A stretch of DNA of 64,000 nt from Anaerolineae bacterium (lineage in GTDB: Bacteria > Chloroflexota > Anaerolineae > UBA1429). The notes under the pieces were generated by a model, which had not been told where the DNA came from, did not search any database, and was given only the letters and a program-made list of their open reading frames with translations. This document shows, piece after piece, positions 46,332-56,515 of the stretch. Every line of letters begins with the position of its first letter. Position 1 is the first letter of the stretch. Position numbers and translations under genes: made by a program. The DNA lies in NCBI GenBank assembly GCA_963675785.1, contig OY776562.1, positions 352,001-416,000 on the forward strand, in the 5' to 3' direction.

Positions 46332-46366
46332 AATAGCGGCCCTGTCTATGTGGACGGGGCCGTTTT
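46332..46366. terminator. Terminator between convergent genes
   Basis: GCGGCCCTGTC / GACGGGGCCGT stem with T tail. Confidence 0.65.
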
Positions 46367-46368
46367 CT

Positions 46369-47877
46369 TTAGAGGAGGGCGATCAATTGGGCGACAAGCA
46401 ATCCGCCCAAAACGATAAACAGAATAGCCATAGCCAGTTTGGTAGCAGCCACATGCTCGGTGAACCAGCTTTGCAGTTTTTTGATGCTCAGACCGTAAAC
46501 GGCCATTAGCAGCACGATCAGCAGAGGAAGGATAAAAGCCAGATTATAAAGCAGCAGGTAGAGCACGCCCCGAGTGCGCATGCTGTCCAGGCTGACCACA
46601 AAAGAAATGGTGGGCAGGTAAACCTGGCCGGTGCAGGCCAGTTCTAGCAGTGATACCACCAGACCAGTGACAAAGGCGGCGCCCACAAAGGCCTTGCTGG
46701 AATCGCGGATGCGCAGACGAATGCGTTCGCGCAGTTTATCGGGCAAAGTCATCTGCATGTCATGCAGGTACCCCTGGCGGGCTAGCACATAGTCGCGGAT
46801 GCTCAACACAGCCATGACGATACAGGCGGCGGCCATCAGACCATAGAGGATGCTGGCCACGATGTGAATAGAGGTGGCCAGGCTTAGCAGGTTCATGAGG
46901 CCCAAACCAACGAGAAAATAAGCTACGAATACGCCCAAGGCAAAAGCTAGGCCCACAAAGAGCATCTCGCGGCGCTTGCGTTTGCCAATGGCCAAATAGG
47001 AGACAAAGAACAGGATAGTGGCAAAGGCGCAGGGGTTGATGCCGTCAATCAGGCCGGCGCCGATGATAGCCAGCGGGCCGATCTCTTCAAAGCGCTCGAC
47101 GATGCTACTACCGCCTGCCTCAGAGTCCAATTTCTCCCAAAAGGCCGGTGCACCTGATGAAACATACTGGGAGAGCACTGCCCGCACGTTCTCACTGGTG
47201 ATCTCGTCAGCGATAATGGCATCGCTTCCCACGTAAATCGAGGGAGCAATGAGCCGGCGATCCTCCGCCAACCCCATAGCTTCACCCATGGCTTCAACTA
47301 TGGCTGCATCATCCACGTGATTGAAGGTGGTTACCTCCATGCCGGGGAATTCGAAAGCGAGGGCATCCAGCACCAGCTTGGCGCGGGCACAGTCGCTACA
47401 GCCATCGCGTTCTATATAGGCAACATGGAGGGGGGCGCCATCATAAGGTTGTGTCGTAGCAGTAGGCACAAGGCCTAACGGATCCAGTGTATCGCTTGAG
47501 GTGTTGATCGCAGCCGAGCTGATAGCAGCGCGCACCGCCTCATCTAGTGCAGCGATGGTGGTTGTAGAGTACAACATCTGGTCACCAATGATGACGGTGG
47601 GCACGCTGGGCGATTTCTGATCGAGGCGTTCTTCTTGTGCTTCAAGCTCGGTCAGCCCCTCGGTCGAGGAGACATCCACCAGTACGACATCGATCGGTGC
47701 CTGAGCATCTGCTACGATACCCGGCAGGTACTCGTCGATAAAAGTGTGGCAATGCGAACAAGTTGGTGAGTAATAGACCCTGACCTCGATAGTATCATCT
47801 GCCAATACGGGCAATAGGCTTGGCCAGGCCAGGATCAGCAACATTAGGGCAAGAAAAAGAGCGATCCGTCGTCTCAT
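46369..47877 (-). CDS. CcdA/DsbD-like membrane protein with two extracytoplasmic thioredoxin-like domains
   Basis: Signal peptide, CSHC, CSDC, DGINPCAF, LELACTGQVY. Confidence 0.82.
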   Translation of the reverse strand: MRRRIALFLALMLLILAWPSLLPVLADDTIEVRVYYSPTCSHCHTFIDEYLPGIVADAQAPIDVVLVDVSSTEGLTELEAQEERLDQKSPSVPTVIIGDQMLYSTTTIAALDEAVRAAISSAAINTSSDTLDPLGLVPTATTQPYDGAPLHVAYIERDGCSDCARAKLVLDALAFEFPGMEVTTFNHVDDAAIVEAMGEAMGLAEDRRLIAPSIYVGSDAIIADEITSENVRAVLSQYVSSGAPAFWEKLDSEAGGSSIVERFEEIGPLAIIGAGLIDGINPCAFATILFFVSYLAIGKRKRREMLFVGLAFALGVFVAYFLVGLGLMNLLSLATSIHIVASILYGLMAAACIVMAVLSIRDYVLARQGYLHDMQMTLPDKLRERIRLRIRDSSKAFVGAAFVTGLVVSLLELACTGQVYLPTISFVVSLDSMRTRGVLYLLLYNLAFILPLLIVLLMAVYGLSIKKLQSWFTEHVAATKLAMAILFIVLGGLLVAQLIALL

Positions 47878-47952
47878 ATCGTTCCTGTCTGTCGCACAGT
47901 AATAAATACTTTTGGCAAGTATAGCCTCTGGAAGAACTCGCCGCAAAGATAC

Positions 47953-47976
47953 ATCTGTCAGATACATCTGACAGAT
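47953..47976. promoter_or_regulatory. Palindromic operator candidate between divergent genes
   Basis: ATCTGTCAGAT-AC-ATCTGACAGAT; each half is itself palindromic. Confidence 0.5.
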
Positions 47977-48044
47977 AGACGAACAACGCCAAATGCGCTA
48001 AAATGGACAAACGTGCATTGCGCATATATACAAGGAGATGCCTC

Positions 48045-49856
48045 ATGCCTTCGGAGATAAAATCGCGTAGCGAGTTGAACCCCGCTGACCAATGGAATCT
48101 GGGCGCCCTCTATGCCTCACCTGATGCTTGGGAGAGCGAAATGATCGCTGCCCAGAACCTCGGAGAATCGATTGTGCGCTACGCGGGCCATCTGGCCGAC
48201 TCGCCCGAGGCCCTGGCGCAGGCGCTCACTGACTGGTTTGCCGCCATCCGCCAGGTCGAAAAACTCTATGTGTATGCCCATCTGGTCCATGATCAGGATT
48301 TGGGTAACGCCGTTGGCCAGACCAAGTTCGATCGTGCTCAATCCTTTTTCATTCAACTGGATGCGGCAGGCTCGTTCATTGCTCCCGAGATTTTGGCCAT
48401 TGAAGAAGAGACGGTTCGTGGTTGGCTGGTGAACCCCTCGTTGGTGCCCTACCGCTTTTGGCTGGAGGACTTGCTGCGGGGTAAACCGCATACCCTCTCT
48501 GCCTCGGAAGAGCGGCTGCTCTCCATGGTCTCAGAGCCGCTTGCCGCGCTGCACCAGGTGTACAGCGTGCTCAAGAACGTGGATATCACTGCGCGCTTGC
48601 CGCGTGTTGCTGGCGAATCGGGCGAGCCCGAGCAGTTGAGCCATGCCGCCTTTATCCGTATGCAGGAAAGCCACGATCGCTCGTTGCGCAAGGCCGCTTT
48701 TGAGGCCTATTACGTCGAATGGCAAGGCAATTGCCAGACGGCTTTGGCTGCACTGGATGGCGCCATCAAGGCCAATATTTTCGAGGCCCAGGCCCGCAAT
48801 TTTGACAACGCCCTGGCCAGCGCCCTTTTCCCGGACAATGTTTCTTCAGCAGTGTACGATGCCCTCATCGAGGCCGTCCACGGCGCACTACCCGCTTTTT
48901 ATGACTATGTGGCTCTACGCAAGCGGCTTCTCGGTTTGGACGAGATGCACATGTACGACAACTATGTGCCTGTGGTCTCTGAGGTGAGTGCCGAGTATAC
49001 CTATGACGAGGCTGTGGAGATTATCTGCGAGGCTCTGGCTCCCCTGGGTGAGGACTATGTGCGGATTGCCCGGGAGGGCATGACCACAGGTTGGGTGGAC
49101 CGTTACGAGAACAAGGGCAAGCGCAGCGGCGCCTATTCCTCGGGCTGCTATGATTCGTTGCCTTACATTCTGATGAACTTTACGGGCACATTGGATTCTG
49201 TGTTCACTCTGGCCCACGAACTGGGCCATTCCATGCACAGCTATCTTTCTAATGCAAACCAACCCTATCATTTGGCGGATTACCGCATTCTAGTGGCCGA
49301 AGTAGCCTCCACCACCAACGAGAGCCTGTTGACCCACTATTTGCTCAATAAAGAGACCGATCTGCGCCGCCGGGCCTATCTGGTGGATCGCTACCTGGAC
49401 AGCTTTAGAGCTACTTTATTCCGCCAAACCATGTTCGCCGAATTCGAAAAGATGCTCTATGAGATGATCGAGGGGGGCGAGCCGCTCACGGTGGATGCGT
49501 TGAACGAGCGCTATCTGGCGTTGGTCAAGCTCTACTTTGGTGATAGCGTGGCCTTTGACGAGGAAGACAAGCCCATCTCTTGGGAATGGGCGCGCGTGGA
49601 TCACTTTTTCTACGATTTCTATGTCTACAAGTACGCTACGGGCATGGCTTCGGCCGTGGATATTGCCCAGCGTATTTTAGACAAGGAACCAGGCGCCCTA
49701 GAGAATTATATGGTTTTTTTGAGCGGTGGCGGCAGCGATTATCCGCTGAATCTGCTCAAGGGTGCGGGGGTCGATCTGGAGACGCCCGAGCCGGTGGCCA
49801 ACGCTCTGCGTGAGTTCGGCCAGTTCGTACAAGAGCTGGACAGACTTCTCTCTTAA
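48045..49856 (+). CDS. pepF: Oligoendopeptidase F (M3B)
   Basis: GKRSGAYS, HELGHSMH, AEVAS, FYVYKYATG; RBS AAGGAG. Confidence 0.95.
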   Translation: MPSEIKSRSELNPADQWNLGALYASPDAWESEMIAAQNLGESIVRYAGHLADSPEALAQALTDWFAAIRQVEKLYVYAHLVHDQDLGNAVGQTKFDRAQSFFIQLDAAGSFIAPEILAIEEETVRGWLVNPSLVPYRFWLEDLLRGKPHTLSASEERLLSMVSEPLAALHQVYSVLKNVDITARLPRVAGESGEPEQLSHAAFIRMQESHDRSLRKAAFEAYYVEWQGNCQTALAALDGAIKANIFEAQARNFDNALASALFPDNVSSAVYDALIEAVHGALPAFYDYVALRKRLLGLDEMHMYDNYVPVVSEVSAEYTYDEAVEIICEALAPLGEDYVRIAREGMTTGWVDRYENKGKRSGAYSSGCYDSLPYILMNFTGTLDSVFTLAHELGHSMHSYLSNANQPYHLADYRILVAEVASTTNESLLTHYLLNKETDLRRRAYLVDRYLDSFRATLFRQTMFAEFEKMLYEMIEGGEPLTVDALNERYLALVKLYFGDSVAFDEEDKPISWEWARVDHFFYDFYVYKYATGMASAVDIAQRILDKEPGALENYMVFLSGGGSDYPLNLLKGAGVDLETPEPVANALREFGQFVQELDRLLS

Positions 49857-49912
49857 CGAGGAAATGCCACGGGGCGCAAGTTTATAGCTTGTGCCCCTTT
49901 TGTTTGCAGTTG

Positions 49913-50398
49913 TTATTTCTTGTAGCCAATCATTCGTAAAAAGCCGCGGCGCCACGCAACGCCCGTCTCATCCTCAATACCCAGAGGCGATTCGCCATCG
50001 ATGACGCCCATGATGCCGCGTCCTTGTTCTGTTTCAGCGATAACCACCTGCGTGGGGTTGGCTGTGGCGCAAAAGATGCGGCAGACTTCTGGCACCATCT
50101 TGATGGTGTTGAGCACGTTGATGGGGAACACGCCATCGCCTAGCATGATGATGAAACTGTGCCCGGCGCTCAAAGCCATGGCGTTCCGTTCGGCCAATGC
50201 TTTGAGCGTGTCGTCGGTGCCCTCAGAGCGGATCCAACGCTGCCCCGAGGCCTCGCAAAAGGCCAGGCCAAAAGCAATGCCGGGGACACTCTGCACCAGC
50301 GCTTCATAGAGATCCTCGACGGTCTTGATAAAATGGCTCTGTCCCAAAATGAAATTCGTATCTGCCTCTTTTTCGATGGCAACGAGCTTGAGTTCCAT
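49913..50398 (-). CDS. Adenosine-specific kinase family protein (DUF355)
   Basis: ILGQSHFIKTVEDL, FCEASG, FCATANP, GRGIMGVIDG, IGYK. Confidence 0.88.
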   Translation of the reverse strand: MELKLVAIEKEADTNFILGQSHFIKTVEDLYEALVQSVPGIAFGLAFCEASGQRWIRSEGTDDTLKALAERNAMALSAGHSFIIMLGDGVFPINVLNTIKMVPEVCRIFCATANPTQVVIAETEQGRGIMGVIDGESPLGIEDETGVAWRRGFLRMIGYKK

Positions 50399-50562
50399 GT
50401 GCACTCTCCTCGAATTCTGTTCTTATTCGTAATGCTAGTTATAGTAGTCCTTTGCCGAGATCTCGGTCAACTGCTGCGTGCGGGTTGTGCTGGTGGCATT
50501 GAGCTCTATCCTTTCAACAGGTATAATTGACATATGTACATAACTATAGGCAAAGGTGAGTC

Positions 50563-53500
50563 GTGCCCAACATCATAAAGAGACTTTTAATCGCTCTCTG
50601 CGTTCTGATTCTTTCAATAGGTATCTCCTCAGCTGTTGAGACAGATGCTGGTGCCCTGGTAGTGCCGGAGATTCCCACTGTTGTAGATCACGGCAAGCTG
50701 TCGACGGCTCTTTACGCGCGTTATGTGGCGAACACAGCAAACGGCATGGCATTGCAGGCGCAAGAGACTGTGCAAATTGTGGTCGAGTGTGATGATGTGC
50801 AGACACTTTTGAAGAGTATCCCTTCGCTTGTGGTCGAATCTTCGCAGGCTCGCTTTGTACAAGCCCAGGTTGCCATAACCGATCTGCAAACCCTTGCTTG
50901 CCTCGATGGCGTCGCGTATGTGCGTGAGCCCATGACGCCCCTTTCCAGCGCTATCTACTATGAGGGCACCTATTTGATTGGGGCTACGGTCTGGCAGGAT
51001 GCTGGTTATACTGGCGCCGGTACGCGCATAGCTATTATCGATACGGGCTATGAGGGCTATGCAGATTTACTGGGTGATGAACTACCCGTTTCAGTTGAAC
51101 TGTTGAACTATCGCGCGGATGGCAGTGACACAACTGGCGGCCCCCACGGCACGGCTATGGCTGAAGTAGTGCACGACATCGCCCCCAACGCCGAGTTGGT
51201 GTTGGTCAGCATCAGTACAGAGGTCGAGTATCTGGAGGCGTTGCAGGGCCTGGCCGCCGAGGATGTCGACATGGTAGTTTGCGGCTTGGGCTGGCTTCTT
51301 TCCGGCGCAGGTGATGGCACCGGCTTTATCAATGAGGCCGTGGATGCTGCTATACAAACTAATGGGTGGCTGTGGGTACAACCGGTTGGCAATCAAGCTC
51401 AGCGACATTGGCTGGGTGATTGGACCGACGCCGATGCCAATGACTGGCTGGATTGGAATGGCGAGGCCTATAACGCCGTTTACGTGAACGGTGGCGACAC
51501 GCTACGCCTTGGCTTGGTTTGGGAAGATGCCTGGGGTGCTGCTCAATCCGATTTTGAATTGGTAGTGACGGATTCCTCGGGCGAACTGGTGGCCTGGACG
51601 GATTCTCCAGCTGCTTCTACGGGCGATCCCACGCGCTATCTCAAGATCGAAGGGTTAACTGCTGGTGAGTACCGTATCTATATTTTTCGGCGTGATGGTG
51701 GCTATGATACGCCCACCTTGCAGCTCTATGGGTACGACCACGACTTGGATGTGGCCGTGGCGTCACAAAGCCTAATGGAGCCGGCCGATCTCGATAGCGT
51801 ATTGACAACAGGAGCGGTCGAGGCCGCTGAATATGTAACCTCTGTTGAGGGTTACAGTAGCCGAGGCCCCACAACAGACGGCCGCTGCAAACCAGATTTG
51901 GTCAGCTATGATCGCGTTTCTACAGTTTCATTGGGCGAGCGCACCTCTTCGGAAACTACTGGCTTTGCAGGTAGTTCAGCAGCATCGGCGCATGTGGCTG
52001 GTGTGGCGGCGCTGCTTTGGGAGGCCCATCCCGCCTGGACCAACGAGCAGCTCTATGCTGGCCTGCTCGATCTTTGCACGGATATCGATGTCCCGGGACC
52101 CGATAATGCCTCTGGCTATGGGCGTTTAGAACTGCCTGATACTGCCGATCCAACGCCAGCGGCTACGGTGGCAGTGACGCCGACCTCTACGCTGATGGCA
52201 ACATCGACGCCGCAACCTACTTCCACACCTACCATGACGCCGGTTCCCGATGCGCTGTCTAGTACATGGTATCGCATAGGTCTGGATGACAAAATCGTGC
52301 GTACTCTGGTGACGACGGGGGGCAGCACCTCTGAACTCTGGGCGGCAACCAATTCGGGCGTGTATTATTCGGCCAATTCAGCAAGCACCTGGCAACTAGA
52401 TATTGCCGGTCTTGCGGATACCAACGTATACCGCCTGGAGACGGGCACTCTGAACGACACTGCGGTGCTGTATGCTATGACGGCCAGTACAGTTTGGCGT
52501 CAATTAGAGGGTTATTGGCAAGAAATTCCCTTGCGCAGCGCAGCATTGAGCATGTTGACTACCTTTGGTACTGACGGCGGCACGAACCTTTATGCTGTGG
52601 CCTCTAACCCCTGTAGCTCGATCTTTGTATCTAACAATAGCGGCAGCGATTGGCTGCAATTCTCTACACAGAACCTGTGCGGCAGCTATTATGCCGCAGG
52701 CCGTATTCTGGTCAACGGCGATACGCTTTATCTCTCTCGTGGGGCCAGCTATGCCTCGGTGCTTGTTTCTACCAACAATGGCATCAATTGGAATTCCCTG
52801 GCGACGCCGTCTGTTGGGGTGGTGGATATGTCCCTATCTTCCGACGGCATGTTGTACGCAAGCTTGAGCGGCCGCGGCGTATGGCGGCTCAATACCTCGG
52901 GCGGTAGTTGGCAATCTCGCAGCATTGGCCTGCCCGGCGATGGTATTGGAACCAACATCACTGCCGTGACCGTGCATCCTACTCAACCAGAGACGGTTTA
53001 TGCGGCGGTGAGTGATGGGCGTGTCTATAGGAGCAAAGATGGCGGCGCCAGTTGGGAGCTGTTCGGCGAAGGCTTTCCGCCCGACCTGACGGTGAACGCC
53101 CTGGTCGTACTGCCTTCATTCCCTACGCGCCTTTGGGCAGCGACCAGCGACGGCCTTTGGGCGCTGGATGGTGCGGTGGATATTTGCCTGCCGCTCATTC
53201 TCAAGAATCGTTATCTACCGCCGGTGTATGCTTCGCCCACGGCGACGCCTATAGGCTGCTATGATACGGTGGCTAACGGCGGCTTTGAAACAACCAGTAT
53301 CTGGTATACCACCAACGCCGCCTATACCCGCGACGATTCCTTTGAAGGATTATGGAGCATGCGTGTTGGCCCCGAGCCGCCGCTAACCAATAGCTCTGGC
53401 GAAAGCTATGTGCAGCAGGCGCTCATTCTGCCGGATGATGCTTCGTCAATTCAGTTGCGTTTCTGGTGGCAGCGCTTTGGTCAGGATGAAGGCGATCGTT

Positions 53501-53712
53501 ATGCGGTGCGCCTCTACAATAGCTCATGGGAACTGCTCGATGAGCTGATTGCAACTTCGGATAGAGGCCCTTATTGGGAGCAGGAAACTGCCGACCTCAC
53601 CGAGTGGGCTGGCCAGCAGGTGTATCTGCGCTTTGCCGTGGTGAATGATGGCAATGAGGATGCAGCCTGGTTCCGGTTGGATGAGGTGGCCGTGCAGGTT
53701 TGCATGGATTGA
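50563..53712 (+). CDS. Secreted S8 (subtilisin-like) peptidase with P/T linker, beta-propeller region and C-terminal beta-sandwich
   Basis: IAIIDTG, HGTAMA, GFAGSSAASAHVAG; Asp-box repeats SxDGGxSW; internal ICLPLILKN. Confidence 0.85.
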   Translation: MPNIIKRLLIALCVLILSIGISSAVETDAGALVVPEIPTVVDHGKLSTALYARYVANTANGMALQAQETVQIVVECDDVQTLLKSIPSLVVESSQARFVQAQVAITDLQTLACLDGVAYVREPMTPLSSAIYYEGTYLIGATVWQDAGYTGAGTRIAIIDTGYEGYADLLGDELPVSVELLNYRADGSDTTGGPHGTAMAEVVHDIAPNAELVLVSISTEVEYLEALQGLAAEDVDMVVCGLGWLLSGAGDGTGFINEAVDAAIQTNGWLWVQPVGNQAQRHWLGDWTDADANDWLDWNGEAYNAVYVNGGDTLRLGLVWEDAWGAAQSDFELVVTDSSGELVAWTDSPAASTGDPTRYLKIEGLTAGEYRIYIFRRDGGYDTPTLQLYGYDHDLDVAVASQSLMEPADLDSVLTTGAVEAAEYVTSVEGYSSRGPTTDGRCKPDLVSYDRVSTVSLGERTSSETTGFAGSSAASAHVAGVAALLWEAHPAWTNEQLYAGLLDLCTDIDVPGPDNASGYGRLELPDTADPTPAATVAVTPTSTLMATSTPQPTSTPTMTPVPDALSSTWYRIGLDDKIVRTLVTTGGSTSELWAATNSGVYYSANSASTWQLDIAGLADTNVYRLETGTLNDTAVLYAMTASTVWRQLEGYWQEIPLRSAALSMLTTFGTDGGTNLYAVASNPCSSIFVSNNSGSDWLQFSTQNLCGSYYAAGRILVNGDTLYLSRGASYASVLVSTNNGINWNSLATPSVGVVDMSLSSDGMLYASLSGRGVWRLNTSGGSWQSRSIGLPGDGIGTNITAVTVHPTQPETVYAAVSDGRVYRSKDGGASWELFGEGFPPDLTVNALVVLPSFPTRLWAATSDGLWALDGAVDICLPLILKNRYLPPVYASPTATPIGCYDTVANGGFETTSIWYTTNAAYTRDDSFEGLWSMRVGPEPPLTNSSGESYVQQALILPDDASSIQLRFWWQRFGQDEGDRYAVRLYNSSWELLDELIATSDRGPYWEQETADLTEWAGQQVYLRFAVVNDGNEDAAWFRLDEVAVQVCMD

Positions 53713-53776
53713 TCTCCCTACTTTTGGTTGCGCGCGGCCGATAGCCTACAATAACTAGACCAACGCGAGGGGGACT

Positions 53777-54547
53777 ATGCGATTTGATATTCTCTCGCTG
53801 TTCCCCGAGATGTTTGAGAATGTCTTTGGGGCCAGCATCGTGCGGCGAGCCGTCGAGGCCGACCGCATCGAGATCTATACACACAATATTCGGGATTGGA
53901 CCACCGACAAGCACCATGTGACCGATGACACGCCGTATGGCGGGGGCGGGGGCATGGTAATGAAGCCGGAGCCCATTGTCTCGGCTGTGGAAGAGCTGTT
54001 GGGCGCCGAATTGGTTCGCGAGCAAAAGGTGAGCGGTCGCGTTCAGGTGCCGGTGGTGATGATGTCGCCTGCCGGGCAGGTGTTCAACCAGCATATGGCG
54101 CGAGAGTTCGAGTGCTATGGTCGTATGCTGATCATCTGTGGGCGCTATGAGGGCATCGACGAACGCGTGACAGAGCTGGTGGTAACCCATCAGGTTTCCA
54201 TTGGTGACTATGTGCTTTCGGGCGGCGAGATACCGGCTATGGCCATTGTTGAGGCGGTGACGCGCTTGGTGCCCGGCGTGCTGGGCGATATGCGTGCGGT
54301 CATTGAGGATTCTCATTCCAGCGGGCTGCTCGAATATCCGCAATATACGCGCCCGCCAGAATACCGCGGTTTGGGCGTGCCAGAGGCACTGCTTTCTGGC
54401 AATCATGCTCTCATTGAGCGCTGGCGCCGAGAACAAGCCTTGGCTCGCACGCACTCACATCGTCCAGATATGTTGGACAAGGCCGAATTGTCCAAGGCAG
54501 ATATAAAATATCTCCAAAAGCTGGAAAACAAAGACAGCTCTGAGTAG
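53777..54547 (+). CDS. trmD: tRNA (guanine37-N1)-methyltransferase
   Basis: [35 protein letters not shown]. Confidence 0.97.
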   Translation: MRFDILSLFPEMFENVFGASIVRRAVEADRIEIYTHNIRDWTTDKHHVTDDTPYGGGGGMVMKPEPIVSAVEELLGAELVREQKVSGRVQVPVVMMSPAGQVFNQHMAREFECYGRMLIICGRYEGIDERVTELVVTHQVSIGDYVLSGGEIPAMAIVEAVTRLVPGVLGDMRAVIEDSHSSGLLEYPQYTRPPEYRGLGVPEALLSGNHALIERWRREQALARTHSHRPDMLDKAELSKADIKYLQKLENKDSSE

Positions 54548-54616
54548 ATTTTGCGTCCGGCGCAGTCTGTGCTAGAATGATTCGCCGTGAGCTTGACTGA
54601 AAGGTGGAATGCCATA

Positions 54617-54976
54617 ATGGATACTATAATCGCATCGCTGGCTCCCGAGTCCAACCCTAATATTCCCAATATTCGTAGCGGCGATACGGTTCGCGTCCAT
54701 CAGCGCATTGTTGAAGGTACTCGCGAGCGAATTCAGGTACTGCAGGGAGTAGTTATCGCCATTGGCGGTTCGGGTGTATCTCGGACGTTTACGGTTCGCC
54801 GTATTGCAGCAGCCAATATCGGTGTAGAGCGAACGTACCTCTTTGCTTCGCCGCGTATCGAGCGGGTTGAGATCGTACGTCGATCCAAGGTTCGTCGTAA
54901 GCAGCTTTACTTCCTTCGCAAGTACCGCGGCAAGGCGGCACGCCTCAAGGAAGATCGTACAGCTTACGCCAAGTGA
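54617..54976 (+). CDS. rplS: 50S ribosomal protein L19
   Basis: GDTVRVH..IVEG..ERIQ, GVERT, KVRR..LYFLR. Confidence 0.95.
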   Translation: MDTIIASLAPESNPNIPNIRSGDTVRVHQRIVEGTRERIQVLQGVVIAIGGSGVSRTFTVRRIAAANIGVERTYLFASPRIERVEIVRRSKVRRKQLYFLRKYRGKAARLKEDRTAYAK

Positions 54977-55662
54977 TTCCGTCAGACCAGCGTACGGGCC
55001 GTGATCCTCATCTCGTGCTCGAACAAAGGCTCTGGAATCAAGGCTACAAGTTTGTTACAGGTATAGATGAAGCCGGTCGCGGCGCATGGGCAGGTCCCGT
55101 GGTCGCGGCCGCTGTTGTTTTACCCACCAATGATGCCCAGATCGAGAGGCGCTTGGCACCCGTTCGCGATAGCAAACTGCTGAGCGCCGCTTGCCGAGAG
55201 GTTTGTTATGCACTGGTGATGACCTATGCGTTAGCCTGGGGTGTGGGCAGTGCCTCCTCGCAAGAGATCGACCGTTTGGGCATTGTGCCGGCCACGCGCC
55301 TGGCTATGTGTCGGGCCGTCCAAGCCATGCCAGTGCCGCCGGATTATCTGGTCATCGACGCCGTTCGCCTCAAGCAGTTGCCTATTCTTCAGTATTCGGT
55401 GGCCAAGGCCGATTTGCATCACCTTTCGGTGGCTTCGGCCTCGATCTTGGCCAAGGTGGCGCGAGATCATTGGATGATTGATCTGGCTGAGCAGGCACCA
55501 GCTTATGGCTTTGCCCGACACAAGGGCTATGGTACACGTTTTCATCAGCAAGCCTTGCAGGCCTGCGGTGTCAGCCGTTGGCATCGCTTTTCTTATCGTC
55601 CCATTGCTGAATTGCTGCTCAACGCTCAGGAAGCGAAAGATGGACTCACTTTTCCTAAATGA
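54973..55662 (+). CDS. rnhB: Ribonuclease HII
   Basis: [33 protein letters not shown]. Confidence 0.95.
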   Translation: MIPSDQRTGRDPHLVLEQRLWNQGYKFVTGIDEAGRGAWAGPVVAAAVVLPTNDAQIERRLAPVRDSKLLSAACREVCYALVMTYALAWGVGSASSQEIDRLGIVPATRLAMCRAVQAMPVPPDYLVIDAVRLKQLPILQYSVAKADLHHLSVASASILAKVARDHWMIDLAEQAPAYGFARHKGYGTRFHQQALQACGVSRWHRFSYRPIAELLLNAQEAKDGLTFPK

Positions 55663-56515
55663 GGCTCCCCTGGTATTCCTGGATGTCGAGACGACTGGCC
55701 TTGCTCCGAGCAACGGCGATCGCGTCGTCGAGATTGCCCTCCTCAAGACCATGGGCTCTACCCCTGCCGATCAGGTGCATCATCTGGTCAATCCCCAACG
55801 TACGATTCCTCATGAAGTGGTGCGCGTGCACCACATCACTGACGCGATGGTGAGCGATAAACCCACCTTTGCTGATGTTGCCATGCAAGTGCAGACCATT
55901 GTGGATGGCGCCATTCTGGTAGGCCACAATGTCCTTTTCGATATTGCCTTTATCTCGCGAGAATTCGAACTGGCAGGAAAAAAGTTTGCCTGGGATTCGG
56001 CTCTGGACACCCTGCGCCTCTCGCGTCGTACGCTGAATCGCGGTCGTAATTCGCTGCAATCGTTGGTGAAAGCGTTGCCGCTGGATATCTCGGCTCAAGC
56101 CCACCGCGCCATGGGCGACGTACTGGCCACCTGGCGCTTGTTCGATTACATCATCAGCGGCTTGGGTGAGGATGTAGCGATTGCTCAATTGGAGGCGCTG
56201 CAAGGTGGGCGGATTCTGCCGGGAGCTGAGATTCGCCAAACCTTTGGCCGACGCCCCGAATCAATCCGACCTCTCGATCCCCCTGAACACCTTCAGGGGA
56301 TGGTGGCGCTGGTGCAGGATGCTATCGGTCGCGGCTTGAATATCGAGATCGAGTATGAGGCCCAGCGCGGCACAGTGAGTAGGCGGATCATTACGCCGCT
56401 GCGCCTGGAGCAGATGAGCAAGAATTACGTCTGCCTACGGGCTTTTTGCCACGCCCGGGGCGACAAGCGTACCTTCCGCCTTGACCGCATCAAGACCTTG
56501 CGCGTCATGGGCTGA
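55640..56515 (+). CDS. DEDDh 3'-5' exonuclease (DnaQ-like) fused to a WYL domain
   Basis: FLDVETTGL, GHNVLFD, HRAMGD; C-term IEY...RIITPLRL...AFCHARGDKRTFRLDRI. Confidence 0.85.
   Translation: MDSLFLNEAPLVFLDVETTGLAPSNGDRVVEIALLKTMGSTPADQVHHLVNPQRTIPHEVVRVHHITDAMVSDKPTFADVAMQVQTIVDGAILVGHNVLFDIAFISREFELAGKKFAWDSALDTLRLSRRTLNRGRNSLQSLVKALPLDISAQAHRAMGDVLATWRLFDYIISGLGEDVAIAQLEALQGGRILPGAEIRQTFGRRPESIRPLDPPEHLQGMVALVQDAIGRGLNIEIEYEAQRGTVSRRIITPLRLEQMSKNYVCLRAFCHARGDKRTFRLDRIKTLRVMG

Noticed and set aside
53597-54454. 285-aa minus-strand ORF
   Set aside because: Antisense shadow of trmD
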